Source: Candidatus Jorgensenbacteria bacterium GW2011_GWB1_50_10 (GTDB taxonomy: Bacteria; Patescibacteriota; Minisyncoccia; UBA6257; GWB1-50-10). Taken from it: a DNA stretch of 53,857 bases. A program made the position numbers and the translations under genes. The notes under the pieces are model-generated. The model saw nothing but the letters and a program-made list of their open reading frames with translations. It searched no databases and was not told the origin of the DNA. The stretch covers positions 141,419 through 195,275 of the forward strand of contig LCQK01000002.1 of the NCBI GenBank assembly GCA_001004105.1. Direction: 5' to 3'. Positions 9,023 to 18,200 of this stretch are shown piece by piece. Position 1 is the stretch's first letter, and each line of letters opens with the position of its first letter.

Positions 9023-10853
9023 TATCGGACTCTTTCTTTACATTATACAACGCCTCCCCCACCCGCTGGATTTCGGCCGTGAGTTCCCCTAAAGCGCTTT
9101 TGATTTGGGCAACGTCGTCACCTTTTAAGGCGTTTTTGAGATTATCTATTTTTTTACCGACTGAATCTTTAATATCGGCGGCCACTTTGTCGCCGGCTTC
9201 CCGCAGAGCTTTTTCGGAGGAATAAATTAAGGCCTCAGCTTGGTTTTTCGTCTCAACTAATTCTTTTTTCTTGATATCTTCCGCAGCGTGGGCGGCGGCT
9301 TCGTTTTTCAGTTTCTCAATCTCTTCCTTGTTCAAACTAGTTGAAGCTTCTATCTTAACCGATTGGGTTTTACCGCTCGCTTTGTCTTTGGCGCTCACGT
9401 TCAAAATCCCGTTCGCGTCAATATCGAAAGTGACTTCAATCTGAGGAACGCCGCGGGGAGCGGGCGGCAGGCCATCCAAAATGAACCGCGCAAGGGTTTT
9501 ATTGTCCGCCATTATCGGCCGCTCGCCCTGGCCGACGTGGATTTCCACCGACGGCTGGTTGTCGGCGGCGGTCGAGAAAACCTGGGTTTTGGCGGTCGGA
9601 ACGGTGGTGTTTTTGGAAATCATGGGAGTGGCGATGCCGCCCAATGTTTCAATGCTGAAGGTTAGAGGCGTCACGTCCAAAAGGAGAACGTCTTTGACAT
9701 CGCCCTGCATAATGCCGGCTTGGACGGCGGCGCCGACCGCCACCACTTCGTCGGGATTGATGCCCTTGTGCGGTTCCTTGCCGAACAGTTTTTGCACCGC
9801 TTCCTGAATGGCCGGCATCCGGGTCTGGCCACCAACCAAAATCACTTCGTTAATTTCCGAAAGTTTGAGACCCGCTCCTCTAGGCGTGGGCGATGTCACC
9901 GTTTCTTTCACCAACTCAATGGAACGGGCGATTTCATCCTTCACCAAATTCTCAAGTTTGGCCCGGGTGAGCTTCATTAAAAAATGTTTTGGGCCGGAAG
10001 CGTCGGAAGTGATGTAAGGCAGATTGATTTCGGTTTCCATCGCCGTTGAAAGTTCGTGCTTCGCCCGTTCGGCCGCCTCCTTCAAGCGCTGGACGGCCAA
10101 AGAATCGCTGGAAATATCCACGCCTTCCTGCTTTTTGTATTCGGCGACGAGGTACTCGATTATTTTCTTGTCAAAATCGTCTCCGCCAAGGTGTGTGTCG
10201 CCGCCGGTCGCTTTCACTTCCACCGTCCCTTCCCCGACGTCAAGAACGGAGATGTCGAAAGTGCCGCCGCCGAAATCGTAGACGACGATTCTTTCGTTCT
10301 TATCGCGGTCAAGGTGATAAGCAAGGGCCGCGGCCGTCGGCTCGTTGATAATCCTTTTTACCTTGAAACCCGCGATTTCCCCGGCGTTTTTGGTTGCCTG
10401 TCTCTGGGAATCATCAAAATAAGCCGGCACGGTAATCACCGCTTCCTCTATTTTTTCGCCGAGCTTGGCCTCCGCGTCGGCTTTTAATTTCTGGAGAACC
10501 ATGGCGGAAATCTCCTCCGGAGAGTACCACCGCTCCCCCATCTTTATTTCCACGCCGCCGTGCTCACCGCCCTTCAGCTCGTAAGACAGCCACTTTTTGT
10601 CTTCCTGCACTTCTTTGTCGGAATATTTCCGGCCGATGAGGCGCTTCACCGAAAAAATCGTGTTCTTGGGATTCACCACCGCCTGGCGCTTCGCCAAAAG
10701 CCCGACCAACCGCTCGTTTGATTTGGAAATGGCGACGATTGAGGGAGTGGTGCGGTTGCCTTCGCTCGATTCGAGCACGCGCGGCTCGCCGCCCTCCACG
10801 ACCGCCATCGCCGAGTTCGTCGTTCCCAAATCTATTCCTAAAATTTTGCTCAT
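9000..10853 (-). CDS. dnaK: Molecular chaperone DnaK (Hsp70)
   Basis: 617 aa with [17 protein letters not shown] and [11 protein letters not shown] signatures. Confidence 0.97.
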   Translation of the reverse strand: MSKILGIDLGTTNSAMAVVEGGEPRVLESSEGNRTTPSIVAISKSNERLVGLLAKRQAVVNPKNTIFSVKRLIGRKYSDKEVQEDKKWLSYELKGGEHGGVEIKMGERWYSPEEISAMVLQKLKADAEAKLGEKIEEAVITVPAYFDDSQRQATKNAGEIAGFKVKRIINEPTAAALAYHLDRDKNERIVVYDFGGGTFDISVLDVGEGTVEVKATGGDTHLGGDDFDKKIIEYLVAEYKKQEGVDISSDSLAVQRLKEAAERAKHELSTAMETEINLPYITSDASGPKHFLMKLTRAKLENLVKDEIARSIELVKETVTSPTPRGAGLKLSEINEVILVGGQTRMPAIQEAVQKLFGKEPHKGINPDEVVAVGAAVQAGIMQGDVKDVLLLDVTPLTFSIETLGGIATPMISKNTTVPTAKTQVFSTAADNQPSVEIHVGQGERPIMADNKTLARFILDGLPPAPRGVPQIEVTFDIDANGILNVSAKDKASGKTQSVKIEASTSLNKEEIEKLKNEAAAHAAEDIKKKELVETKNQAEALIYSSEKALREAGDKVAADIKDSVGKKIDNLKNALKGDDVAQIKSALGELTAEIQRVGEALYNVKKESDNEPPPSN

Positions 10854-11329
10854 GTTGTGCGAGATAATTTAACTCTTGCGGGTTTCACGACTTTGCCGTT
10901 TAAAATATAACCTTTTTCTACTTCCTCCGCCACAGCGCCGGGCTTCTCTTTTGATTCAACTTCGCCAACCGCTTCATGGCGGGTAGAGTCAAAACTTTCG
11001 CCTGGCTTCACCGTAATTTTCTCCAAGCCGTATTTTCGGAGCAAATCCTCCAGTTGGTTTCTGATAAGAAGCATTCCTTTGTGGGCCGGGCTGGAACTGT
11101 CCACGACGGCGAGCCCCAACTCAAAACTATCCAGAACCGTCGTAAGCTCGCTTATCAAGCCCTCGTTGCTCAACCGCGCGAATTCCCCGAACCGTTCGGC
11201 TTCCTCTTTCTTGTAATTAATGAAATCGGCCTTGGCCCGCTTCCAGCCGTTTAAATATTCTTCTCTCTCCTTCTCGCACTCCTGGAACGCTTTTTTGAAC
11301 TCTTCCGGGTTTTTGTCCTTTTTCTCCAT
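10850..11329 (-). CDS. grpE: Nucleotide exchange factor GrpE
   Basis: 159 aa with a coiled-coil N-terminus and a C-terminal GrpE beta domain (FDSTRHEAV...[14 protein letters not shown]). Overlaps the dnaK start by 4 nt. Confidence 0.9.
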   Translation of the reverse strand: MEKKDKNPEEFKKAFQECEKEREEYLNGWKRAKADFINYKKEEAERFGEFARLSNEGLISELTTVLDSFELGLAVVDSSSPAHKGMLLIRNQLEDLLRKYGLEKITVKPGESFDSTRHEAVGEVESKEKPGAVAEEVEKGYILNGKVVKPARVKLSRTT

Positions 11330-11349
11330 GTATCCTTTTAGAATTGAAA

Positions 11350-11377
11350 ATTATAATCTCGGTACCCGCCCTGTCAA
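11350..11377 (-). promoter_or_regulatory. Consensus sigma70-type promoter for the grpE-dnaK-dnaJ operon
   Basis: Minus strand: TTGACA (11377-11372), 16-nt spacer, TATAAT (11355-11350). AAGGA lies ahead of the grpE ATG at 11329. Confidence 0.6.
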
Positions 11378-11445
11378 GCGCTAATCACTCTTAGTCTTTA
11401 TAGTTGGTCAATCCCAAATTAAGTTGTTAAAAGCTACAACAAAAA

Positions 11446-14214
11446 CTAGAAACCCAACTTTTTTAGTGGACTCGAATAATATAATACTCCGTCAGAACCG
11501 ACAACAGTGCATCCCCTACCCTCAAATTGTCCGCCTACTCTATCCACGAAAAGCTCCCAGTTTAAGTTACCGTCTTGGTCGAACGAAAAAACAGTATCGG
11601 AGTCATTGTTCACAAAAACGTTATTATGCTGATCTACCGACCCTATACAGAAAACTCCTCTGTTGACAACTCTCTCCCAAACTACTGCTCCGCTGGAGCC
11701 ATCCAAAGAATAAAGCTTGAAAGGAAATCCTGAATTTGCGAAGTATATCCTACCATTCGCGTAGTTCAATGAAACCGAAGAAAAGAAAGAAGAGGACCTC
11801 ATCAAACGCGACCACCTCACCGTTCCATTCGGTCTAATTCCATATAAAAAACCTTCTCCGCTTGAAATATAAATAGTACCATCGTCACCAACCACAGGAG
11901 ACGTTTCTTCGAACTGAAACAAACCAAACGTCCATTTTAGAGTACCATCCGGATTTACCGCTACCAGTTCAGAAGTCCTACCAGGGGTTAAGCCTCGTAC
12001 GGCTACATATAAAGTGCCGTCATCACCGATGGCAGGAGAACAAGGGGTTCCTCCTAACCCGGCCCCGGAACCTAAATCCGCAGTCCATCTTATACTACCG
12101 TCAGGATTAAAAGCATATAAGTTAGCTCTGTGGGACATTGCGTAGATCGTACCATCTGGAGCAATAGTCGGAGAGCATCTTTGGAAAGACTCATCTCCAT
12201 TTTCAAACACCCACTTTGCGGTCCCATCTGGATTCAAAGCATAAAAGTTACCAGCGGGGAAGTACACAACGCCGCTACGATCTACGGCGGGCGTCGCCCA
12301 GTTCCCCGGACCTGGTGGTGAAACAGTCGGTGCTTTCCCCTGAAAACTCCATTTTATTCTGCCACTATCATCAACAGCAAATAGCGCGTGGCTATCGCTA
12401 ATAATATAAATCGTGCCATCAAATCCTATCGCAGGCTCTGAACGACCACCTACACCGGCGTTCCACAATAAACTCGGTGAAGCGGTAGGCCCAGAAAAAG
12501 TACTTCTTCCTGTACTTCTAGCATCGTGCCTAAACACTGACCAAAAACCTTCTGGGGGGGCTGTCACACCGGTTTTTGCACTGACCTCGTTGCTTGCCGC
12601 GTACAGGCCAGCTTTATCAAAAACAAAAACTTTATAAAAAAACTCTGTTTTTGATTGAAGATTAGTCTCAGTGAAAGAAAGTTGGTTAACATCATCGGTA
12701 GTCTCAACTAAGGTACTTTCCAAAGTTACCGGAGAGGTCGTAGACCGAAAGATTCTATAAGAGTCAAAATCGGGGGTAGTAAAAGCAAAATCAAGAGGAT
12801 TTACCCAAGAAATTGATATAGAATCTGATGTTGTAGCTGCAACGCTAAGTGTTGTTGATGCTGGCGGGAAAAACCAGGCAACTGCACGGTGAGCATTTAA
12901 GCGGCAACCAGTAGTAGTGGTAGTTTCGTTGAAACAACCGAAGCCTAACCGTTTGTCGGGTTGAATGGGATCTGCTGAAGCGACAAGGGTGTTTTTGATG
13001 GTAGTGGGGTCCATCATAAGACCAGGGATGAATTTCTGATACTCCGGTTCAAGGGTTTTCAAAACGGCAGCCACACCCGTAACCATGGGAGCCGCTGCAG
13101 AAGTACCAGAGAAAAACTGATCGTAGTTTAAAGCGCCTATTGGAAAATTGCCTCTGCCGCGGGGCGCAGGGCTATAAACCGCCACGCCTGGAGCGGCAAC
13201 ACTAACGACACTGCCGAAGCTACTAAAACTTGCTCTGCTATCTTCCCTTGAAAGCGTAGTATCCGTCGCCCCGACAGTAACAACGTTATTAAAATTATCG
13301 CCAAGGTTAGCGGGCACAACTAACTCGGCGTCAACGCCTTCGACGTCAAAACCCAAAAAATCAAACTCAAAATTTCCCGCACTTGCGACAAATAGTACAT
13401 CCGGGTTTCTTGCAAACGCTCTAAAAAACATCGGTGTGAATATTGGAACACCCACAGGTGAAAGCAACGGACGCGTGCCGAAACTCATGTTTATAATCTT
13501 CGCCTCTCTTTTCACCAACGCATCAATTGTAGAAGCCGCGCTAAAGATTGATAAAAAAGTAGGTGATTTTCCTAGTTCCAAACTGTAGTTCAAACCATGA
13601 ATCCCGCTTAAAATTCCATTCATATGAGGAAACGCATAGTTGGCTGGGTCGGGAAAGGAAATATTATTAGCACCGATTATGCCTGCTACTTGAGTACCAT
13701 GTCCTTTTCTGTCACCTTCACTATCTTCAAATAATTGAGGCGATAGTGCATTCAAAAAAACTTCTTGAAACTCCGGGTGCCGACCGTCAGAAGCATCAAC
13801 ACCGGTATCGATGATTCCCACTTTAATATCGGTCAAATCAACATCTCTACTATTCAAAAAATCCCAAACCTCACCCATTCTAATTTGAGAATAAGCTTTA
13901 AATAAAAACGGATCTCTTACAGCAAGGTTTCTAGAATCTTCTGTAAATATACTCTCTTGGGCAGCCACAAAGAGAACAAAGTGAGAAGCAAAAAATATTA
14001 TCCAAATCAAATTTATTACTAGACCCATTATTATAAGCTTCTTCTTTTTCTGCACAAATAAGAGCAGTAGGCCGACAATTACAAGCAGTATGATAGACGC
14101 AGAAAAAAACCCGGCGGTATCTCTCTTGAGATAGTACGAAAACACTGCGTCTGCGACGACGAGAGCTACCGACAGTAGCAGGTAAAGGCTTGCTATGTTG
14201 ATTCTATCTCTCAT
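11446..14214 (-). CDS. Membrane-anchored subtilisin-like (S8) serine peptidase with FN3-like and PQQ/beta-propeller repeat region
   Basis: 922 aa. N-terminal TM helices, then the S8 triad contexts GIIDTGVD, HGTQVAG and GTSAAAPMVTG. The C-terminal half has many DGT(I/L)Y(I/V/F) propeller-type repeats. Confidence 0.8.
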   Translation of the reverse strand: MRDRINIASLYLLLSVALVVADAVFSYYLKRDTAGFFSASIILLVIVGLLLLFVQKKKKLIIMGLVINLIWIIFFASHFVLFVAAQESIFTEDSRNLAVRDPFLFKAYSQIRMGEVWDFLNSRDVDLTDIKVGIIDTGVDASDGRHPEFQEVFLNALSPQLFEDSEGDRKGHGTQVAGIIGANNISFPDPANYAFPHMNGILSGIHGLNYSLELGKSPTFLSIFSAASTIDALVKREAKIINMSFGTRPLLSPVGVPIFTPMFFRAFARNPDVLFVASAGNFEFDFLGFDVEGVDAELVVPANLGDNFNNVVTVGATDTTLSREDSRASFSSFGSVVSVAAPGVAVYSPAPRGRGNFPIGALNYDQFFSGTSAAAPMVTGVAAVLKTLEPEYQKFIPGLMMDPTTIKNTLVASADPIQPDKRLGFGCFNETTTTTGCRLNAHRAVAWFFPPASTTLSVAATTSDSISISWVNPLDFAFTTPDFDSYRIFRSTTSPVTLESTLVETTDDVNQLSFTETNLQSKTEFFYKVFVFDKAGLYAASNEVSAKTGVTAPPEGFWSVFRHDARSTGRSTFSGPTASPSLLWNAGVGGRSEPAIGFDGTIYIISDSHALFAVDDSGRIKWSFQGKAPTVSPPGPGNWATPAVDRSGVVYFPAGNFYALNPDGTAKWVFENGDESFQRCSPTIAPDGTIYAMSHRANLYAFNPDGSIRWTADLGSGAGLGGTPCSPAIGDDGTLYVAVRGLTPGRTSELVAVNPDGTLKWTFGLFQFEETSPVVGDDGTIYISSGEGFLYGIRPNGTVRWSRLMRSSSFFSSVSLNYANGRIYFANSGFPFKLYSLDGSSGAVVWERVVNRGVFCIGSVDQHNNVFVNNDSDTVFSFDQDGNLNWELFVDRVGGQFEGRGCTVVGSDGVLYYSSPLKKLGF

Positions 14215-14229
14215 ACTTCAAAAGGTAAC

Positions 14230-15372
14230 TCATAAAATTAGGGCGTTAGGAATAACCTCCTCAATCAACGGGTTGTTAGAACTCTTTATCAAATCTATTA
14301 AACTATTCAGTTCATCCACTGTCTGCGTAGTAACCTCGATTTTACCTATACCCAAATCGGGCAAAAAGCCAGTTGCTTGTCCTTGAACAAGATCGGCGAC
14401 AGTCAACAGATCGCCAGCAGCGGCTCCTTCTCCAAAAAGAACAACTATCTCGTTGACAATAAACTTCACTCCTTGATCTTCAACCACTTTTTCCGGATCG
14501 CTTTCCTTCTCAAATGCGTTTTCTCTACCCAAAACCGCCCCTTCCCCAACTTGAATCTCCTTGGCTATCGCTTGACCTATAAAAGTGGCTCTGTTTCCGA
14601 AAACGACCTTGGCACTCGGAGCCAGCAACCTGGCCGAAATAAACGAGTCCTCACCAATAGTAACCGGCTGGGCGTCTTTCAACTCCCGCTTACCTTTACT
14701 TTTGTCGGCGACTTTTGATTCTGACACGACGTTTACGGTTAGCGCCGTGGGATCAAGGTTAGTGCTAGACACTGCAAAAACTCTGTTTTTAATGTCCAAA
14801 GTCTGTCTAATGTTGATGACAGTCGTAGCAGAGAAAAAGAGTTTGGAACCGTCCTTGAGTTTCAACTCGTTGAGATTGTAGATACCGGGATTCAAGGTGA
14901 GCCTTGCTCCGTCTTTTACCTCAATTATATTGAAGTCGCCGGGGCCTAAGGTTTCCTCTCCTTCTACGGTTACATTTTCAGCGCCAGCAGAGAAATTCGG
15001 GATACTGGGAAGTTTTATGATCGGGAGGGAAACGGGCGTTGAAGTAGTACCTAATATCCCTGAATTATCGGCAAGATGAAGTTTATTAAAAGTGGCGTTG
15101 CCGTTTATCTGTGTTTCTTCCGCAATTCTTATCTCGTCAGAAAAGATGTTGCCATTAATGACATCATTCTCCGATATCCTCAACCTTCCGTTCACAATAA
15201 TATCACCAGAAGATACTTGGGTGTTTTGAGCAATATGGATATCGCTCTCGGCAACCAAAACAAACTGATCTAAGTCAGAAAAGAGCGATTGACTGGTAAA
15301 GTTCAGAGCGGCGAGAATCAGTCCGCCGGTGGCCAATCCTGAGACAATAAGGTGGGCCTTGATTTTTCTCAT
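14230..15372 (-). CDS. Secreted/anchored beta-helix repeat protein with subtilase-propeptide-like C-terminus
   Basis: 380 aa. N-terminal hydrophobic anchor and bactofilin-like repeats (SGDIIVNGRLRISENDVINGNIFSDEIRI). The C-terminal ~75 aa end in ...LIKSSNNPLIEEVIPNALIL, resembling inhibitor-I9 propeptides. Confidence 0.4.
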   Translation of the reverse strand: MRKIKAHLIVSGLATGGLILAALNFTSQSLFSDLDQFVLVAESDIHIAQNTQVSSGDIIVNGRLRISENDVINGNIFSDEIRIAEETQINGNATFNKLHLADNSGILGTTSTPVSLPIIKLPSIPNFSAGAENVTVEGEETLGPGDFNIIEVKDGARLTLNPGIYNLNELKLKDGSKLFFSATTVINIRQTLDIKNRVFAVSSTNLDPTALTVNVVSESKVADKSKGKRELKDAQPVTIGEDSFISARLLAPSAKVVFGNRATFIGQAIAKEIQVGEGAVLGRENAFEKESDPEKVVEDQGVKFIVNEIVVLFGEGAAAGDLLTVADLVQGQATGFLPDLGIGKIEVTTQTVDELNSLIDLIKSSNNPLIEEVIPNALIL

Positions 15373-15374
15373 AA

Positions 15375-16142
15375 TTAGAACGGACAGGCTGCTGAACTGG
15401 TGGCAATGTTACCGGAATCATTGAGTTTCAGGTGGAAACAGGAACCGCCCGGCGCCACAAAGATAATGCCAGCCGACGAGCTCGCAAAACCGATGTCGCC
15501 TTTCACTCCTAACTTCGCGGCCGGGGCGGGTCCGACACCGATGCCGATATTCCCCGAGAAATAGGCGTCTTTCCAGTTGAAGCCGGAATTGCCGACATCG
15601 TAGGAATTGTTGATATTCGGCAAGACGCTGGAGTCAAAGGTGGCGGCGGAAATCTTGGTAATCGCGGTTTTCAAGCTCCGCGCGGCCTTGGCTTGGATGT
15701 TTGTGGTATTGTATTCCACCGCCAAATCAATCTGGACGATGGTCGGCCCGCCCGGATTCTCGAACTTGGTGGCGAGGAAACTCACAATCTTCACCTTGGA
15801 ATCGGTCAAAGCCACCGCCGTGCTCGTTCCTTCCTGGAGATAAATCGCAGTGTTGGAAGCATCAACGTAGATGGTCGTCGGGTCAAGCGTGGAAGAGGAC
15901 ATCCTCAAAGTTAAGGTGGTGGTAGCGCTCCCAGCGGTCATATCCACCAAACTCGCGCTCCGCACGAGGCGCCCGACGGTATTATTGACGAACGAAATCT
16001 GGTCATTTACTTCGTTCACCGACGATTGCCGGCTCTGGACGCGGGTGATAGCGGTTAAAATCCCCACCAAAAACACGGCGCTAATCGCGAAAATAGCGGT
16101 GTAAATCAAAACCTCAACTAAGGTGAAACCACTTTTCCTCAT
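15375..16142 (-). CDS. Type IV pilin-like protein
   Basis: Prepilin leader and cleavage/methylation motif MRKSG|FTLVEVLIYTAIFAI. C-terminal Cys pair (GGSC...SSAAC) like a pilin D-region disulfide loop. Confidence 0.8.
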   Translation of the reverse strand: MRKSGFTLVEVLIYTAIFAISAVFLVGILTAITRVQSRQSSVNEVNDQISFVNNTVGRLVRSASLVDMTAGSATTTLTLRMSSSTLDPTTIYVDASNTAIYLQEGTSTAVALTDSKVKIVSFLATKFENPGGPTIVQIDLAVEYNTTNIQAKAARSLKTAITKISAATFDSSVLPNINNSYDVGNSGFNWKDAYFSGNIGIGVGPAPAAKLGVKGDIGFASSSAGIIFVAPGGSCFHLKLNDSGNIATSSAACPF

Positions 16143-16149
16143 TTTCAGC

Positions 16150-16159
16150 TATAATTATA
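16150..16159. promoter_or_regulatory. Overlapping divergent -10 boxes (TATAATTATA) in a 23-bp intergenic region
   Basis: TATAAT on the plus strand (16150-16155) lies 10 nt before the GT39 ATG (16166). TATAAT on the minus strand (16159-16154) lies 11 nt before the pilin ATG (16142). Confidence 0.4.
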
Positions 16160-16165
16160 ACAGAC

Positions 16166-17977
16166 ATGCGAAAAATCTTCCCCGTTGCCCTTATTTTAAT
16201 CGTTGTTTTTCTTTTGATGCTGAACGCCGCCCTAAAGGAGACGGCAATCTTTGATGAGACCGCCCATATTGCCGCCGGTTACGGTTACGTGCGATATTTG
16301 GACTACCGCCTGAACCCGGAGCATCCGCCGCTTGTGAAAGCTCTCTCCGCTCTGCCGCTTCTCTTTATGAATCTCAATTTCCCCACCGAAGCGGAGAGCT
16401 GGCAGAAAGACGTAAACGGCCAGTGGGACGTCGGAAACCGCTTTCTTTATTCGGAAGGCAATAATCCTGATGAAATCGTCGGCGCAGCAAGAATCTTCCC
16501 GATTATTCTTACTCTCCTTACGATTATTTTGATTTACGTCTGGTCGCTCCAAATTTTGGGCCGCGGCTGGGCGTTAGTCCCCGCTTTTCTTTTCGGTTTT
16601 TCGCCATCCGTTCTTGCTCACGGTCACTACGTCACGACCGACGTCGGAGCGACTTTAGGCGTGCTCTTCGGCTTCTACTTTTTCACTAAAATGCTTGCAA
16701 CGCCCTCACGGAAAAAATCAATCCTCGCCGGATTGGCCTTAGGCGCGGCGCTCCTTATGAAATTTTCCAACGTTCTCCTTCTGCCGATTTTTATCTTTAT
16801 CGGCTTCATCCACTACATTGCAAAAATCAAAAGGGATGGCGCAGCGCTCCATTATTTCTTGGTTTACTTCAAAAGATTCGTCCTGATGTTTTTTGCAGCG
16901 CTCTTTTTGATTTACGCGGTTTATTTTCTATTCACACTCAATTATCCGGCAACTAAAGAACTATCCGATGCCGCCACCACTCTCAGTTCTTTCAACCCGC
17001 GCTGGCTCGTCGATTTGGATTTAGCGCTCATTAAAAACAGCGTTCTCCGTCCCTTAGGCCAGTATCTTTTCGGACTGCTCATGATTCTCCAGCGGGCCGC
17101 CGGCGGCAACACCGCCTATTTTTTGGGCGACCTTTCCGCAGAGGGCTGGTGGTACTACTTCCCCGTTGTGTTTTTGCTCAAAGAACCGTTGCCGTCGCTA
17201 ATTATGATTTTATTGGCTGTGATTATCGGTGTTTCAAAATTCCTGCCTGCTGGCAGGCAGGTAAAATTTAAAAACTTCTCCGACTATTTAGGAACAAATG
17301 TCGCGGAGTTCGGCATGCTCGTTTTCATCGTCATCTACTGGGTACAAAGTATGAGGAGCCCGCTGAACATAGGAATTCGCCACCTTCTGCCTACTATGCC
17401 CTTTATTTACATTCTCGCAACCGGCACCCTGAAATCGTGGATTTTGAAACTCCACGAGTTTCCCCATCATTTTTTGCCTTCGCTTTTTGCCCGCATCAAA
17501 GCATTCTTCAAAATCTCGCTTAAATTCGCACTTATAATCATTTTGCTCGTCTGGTACGCCGCGGAAACCTTCGCCGGGAGTCCTTATTACCTCTCTTATT
17601 TCAACGAAATCGGCGGGGGGATCAAAAACGGCTACAAATACGTCACGGATTCAAACTATGACTGGGGACAGGATTTGAAGCGGCTCGCCGTTTTCGTTAA
17701 GGAGAACAACATTCAAAAAATCGCCGTGGATTACTTCGGCGGCGGCAGTCCGAAATACTATCTTGGAGAGGACGTGGCAGAAAACTGGTGGTCGGCTCGC
17801 GGCAACCCTAAAGACAAAGGAATTGAATGGCTCGCGATTTCCGTAAACTCCCTCCAGGGCGCCCAGGCCATTGCCGACGCTGATTTGAACCGCAAACCCG
17901 AGGACGAATACTCGTGGCTCCGCGACATCAAACCCGCCGCCCGCGCCGGCACATCAATATTCATTTACAAATTCTAA
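16166..17977 (+). CDS. GT39/ArnT-like (PMT family) membrane glycosyltransferase
   Basis: 603 aa and polytopic. The N-terminal loop DETAHIAAGYGY...PEHPPLVK is typical of lipid-carrier-dependent glycosyltransferases. It has a large C-terminal soluble domain and is the only plus-strand gene. Confidence 0.7.
   Translation: MRKIFPVALILIVVFLLMLNAALKETAIFDETAHIAAGYGYVRYLDYRLNPEHPPLVKALSALPLLFMNLNFPTEAESWQKDVNGQWDVGNRFLYSEGNNPDEIVGAARIFPIILTLLTIILIYVWSLQILGRGWALVPAFLFGFSPSVLAHGHYVTTDVGATLGVLFGFYFFTKMLATPSRKKSILAGLALGAALLMKFSNVLLLPIFIFIGFIHYIAKIKRDGAALHYFLVYFKRFVLMFFAALFLIYAVYFLFTLNYPATKELSDAATTLSSFNPRWLVDLDLALIKNSVLRPLGQYLFGLLMILQRAAGGNTAYFLGDLSAEGWWYYFPVVFLLKEPLPSLIMILLAVIIGVSKFLPAGRQVKFKNFSDYLGTNVAEFGMLVFIVIYWVQSMRSPLNIGIRHLLPTMPFIYILATGTLKSWILKLHEFPHHFLPSLFARIKAFFKISLKFALIIILLVWYAAETFAGSPYYLSYFNEIGGGIKNGYKYVTDSNYDWGQDLKRLAVFVKENNIQKIAVDYFGGGSPKYYLGEDVAENWWSARGNPKDKGIEWLAISVNSLQGAQAIADADLNRKPEDEYSWLRDIKPAARAGTSIFIYKF
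17242..17261. repeat. GC-rich palindrome CCTGCCTGC-TG-GCAGGCAGG inside the GT39 gene
   Basis: Same core as the palindrome in elements 6624-6816 and 32431-32658. Translated in frame as FLPAGRQVKF. Confidence 0.8.
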
Positions 17978-17978
17978 A

Positions 17979-18197
17979 TCAATCGGAAATTTTCCATTGG
18001 ACGCGGCCGACGATGCCGCTCCGCAGGCGCACCTTGATGCCGCGCGGGTGATTCTCCCCCGGGCTCAAGACTTCCTTTACGAACCCCTGGGTGTAATTCT
18101 TCGTGCCGTAGTGCTCCTTCTCAATAATCCAGACGAAATCCCCCGGACGAATCTCGCTCCGCTTCGGCGGTTTGGGATTATCGGTTGAATTCCTCAT
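17979..18197 (-). CDS. YwbE-family small protein (DUF2196-like)
   Basis: 72 aa. GDFVWIIEKEHYGTKNYTQGFVKEVLSPGENHPRGIKVRLRSGIVGRV matches my recollection of the YwbE family. Confidence 0.6.
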   Translation of the reverse strand: MRNSTDNPKPPKRSEIRPGDFVWIIEKEHYGTKNYTQGFVKEVLSPGENHPRGIKVRLRSGIVGRVQWKISD

Positions 18198-18200
18198 CTC

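Noticed and set aside
11330-11445. CIRCE (HrcA operator) upstream of grpE
   Set aside because: Only a weak CTAA...TTAG symmetry (ACTAAGAGTGATTAGCGC) is present. It does not match TTAGCACTC-N9-GAGTGCTAA.
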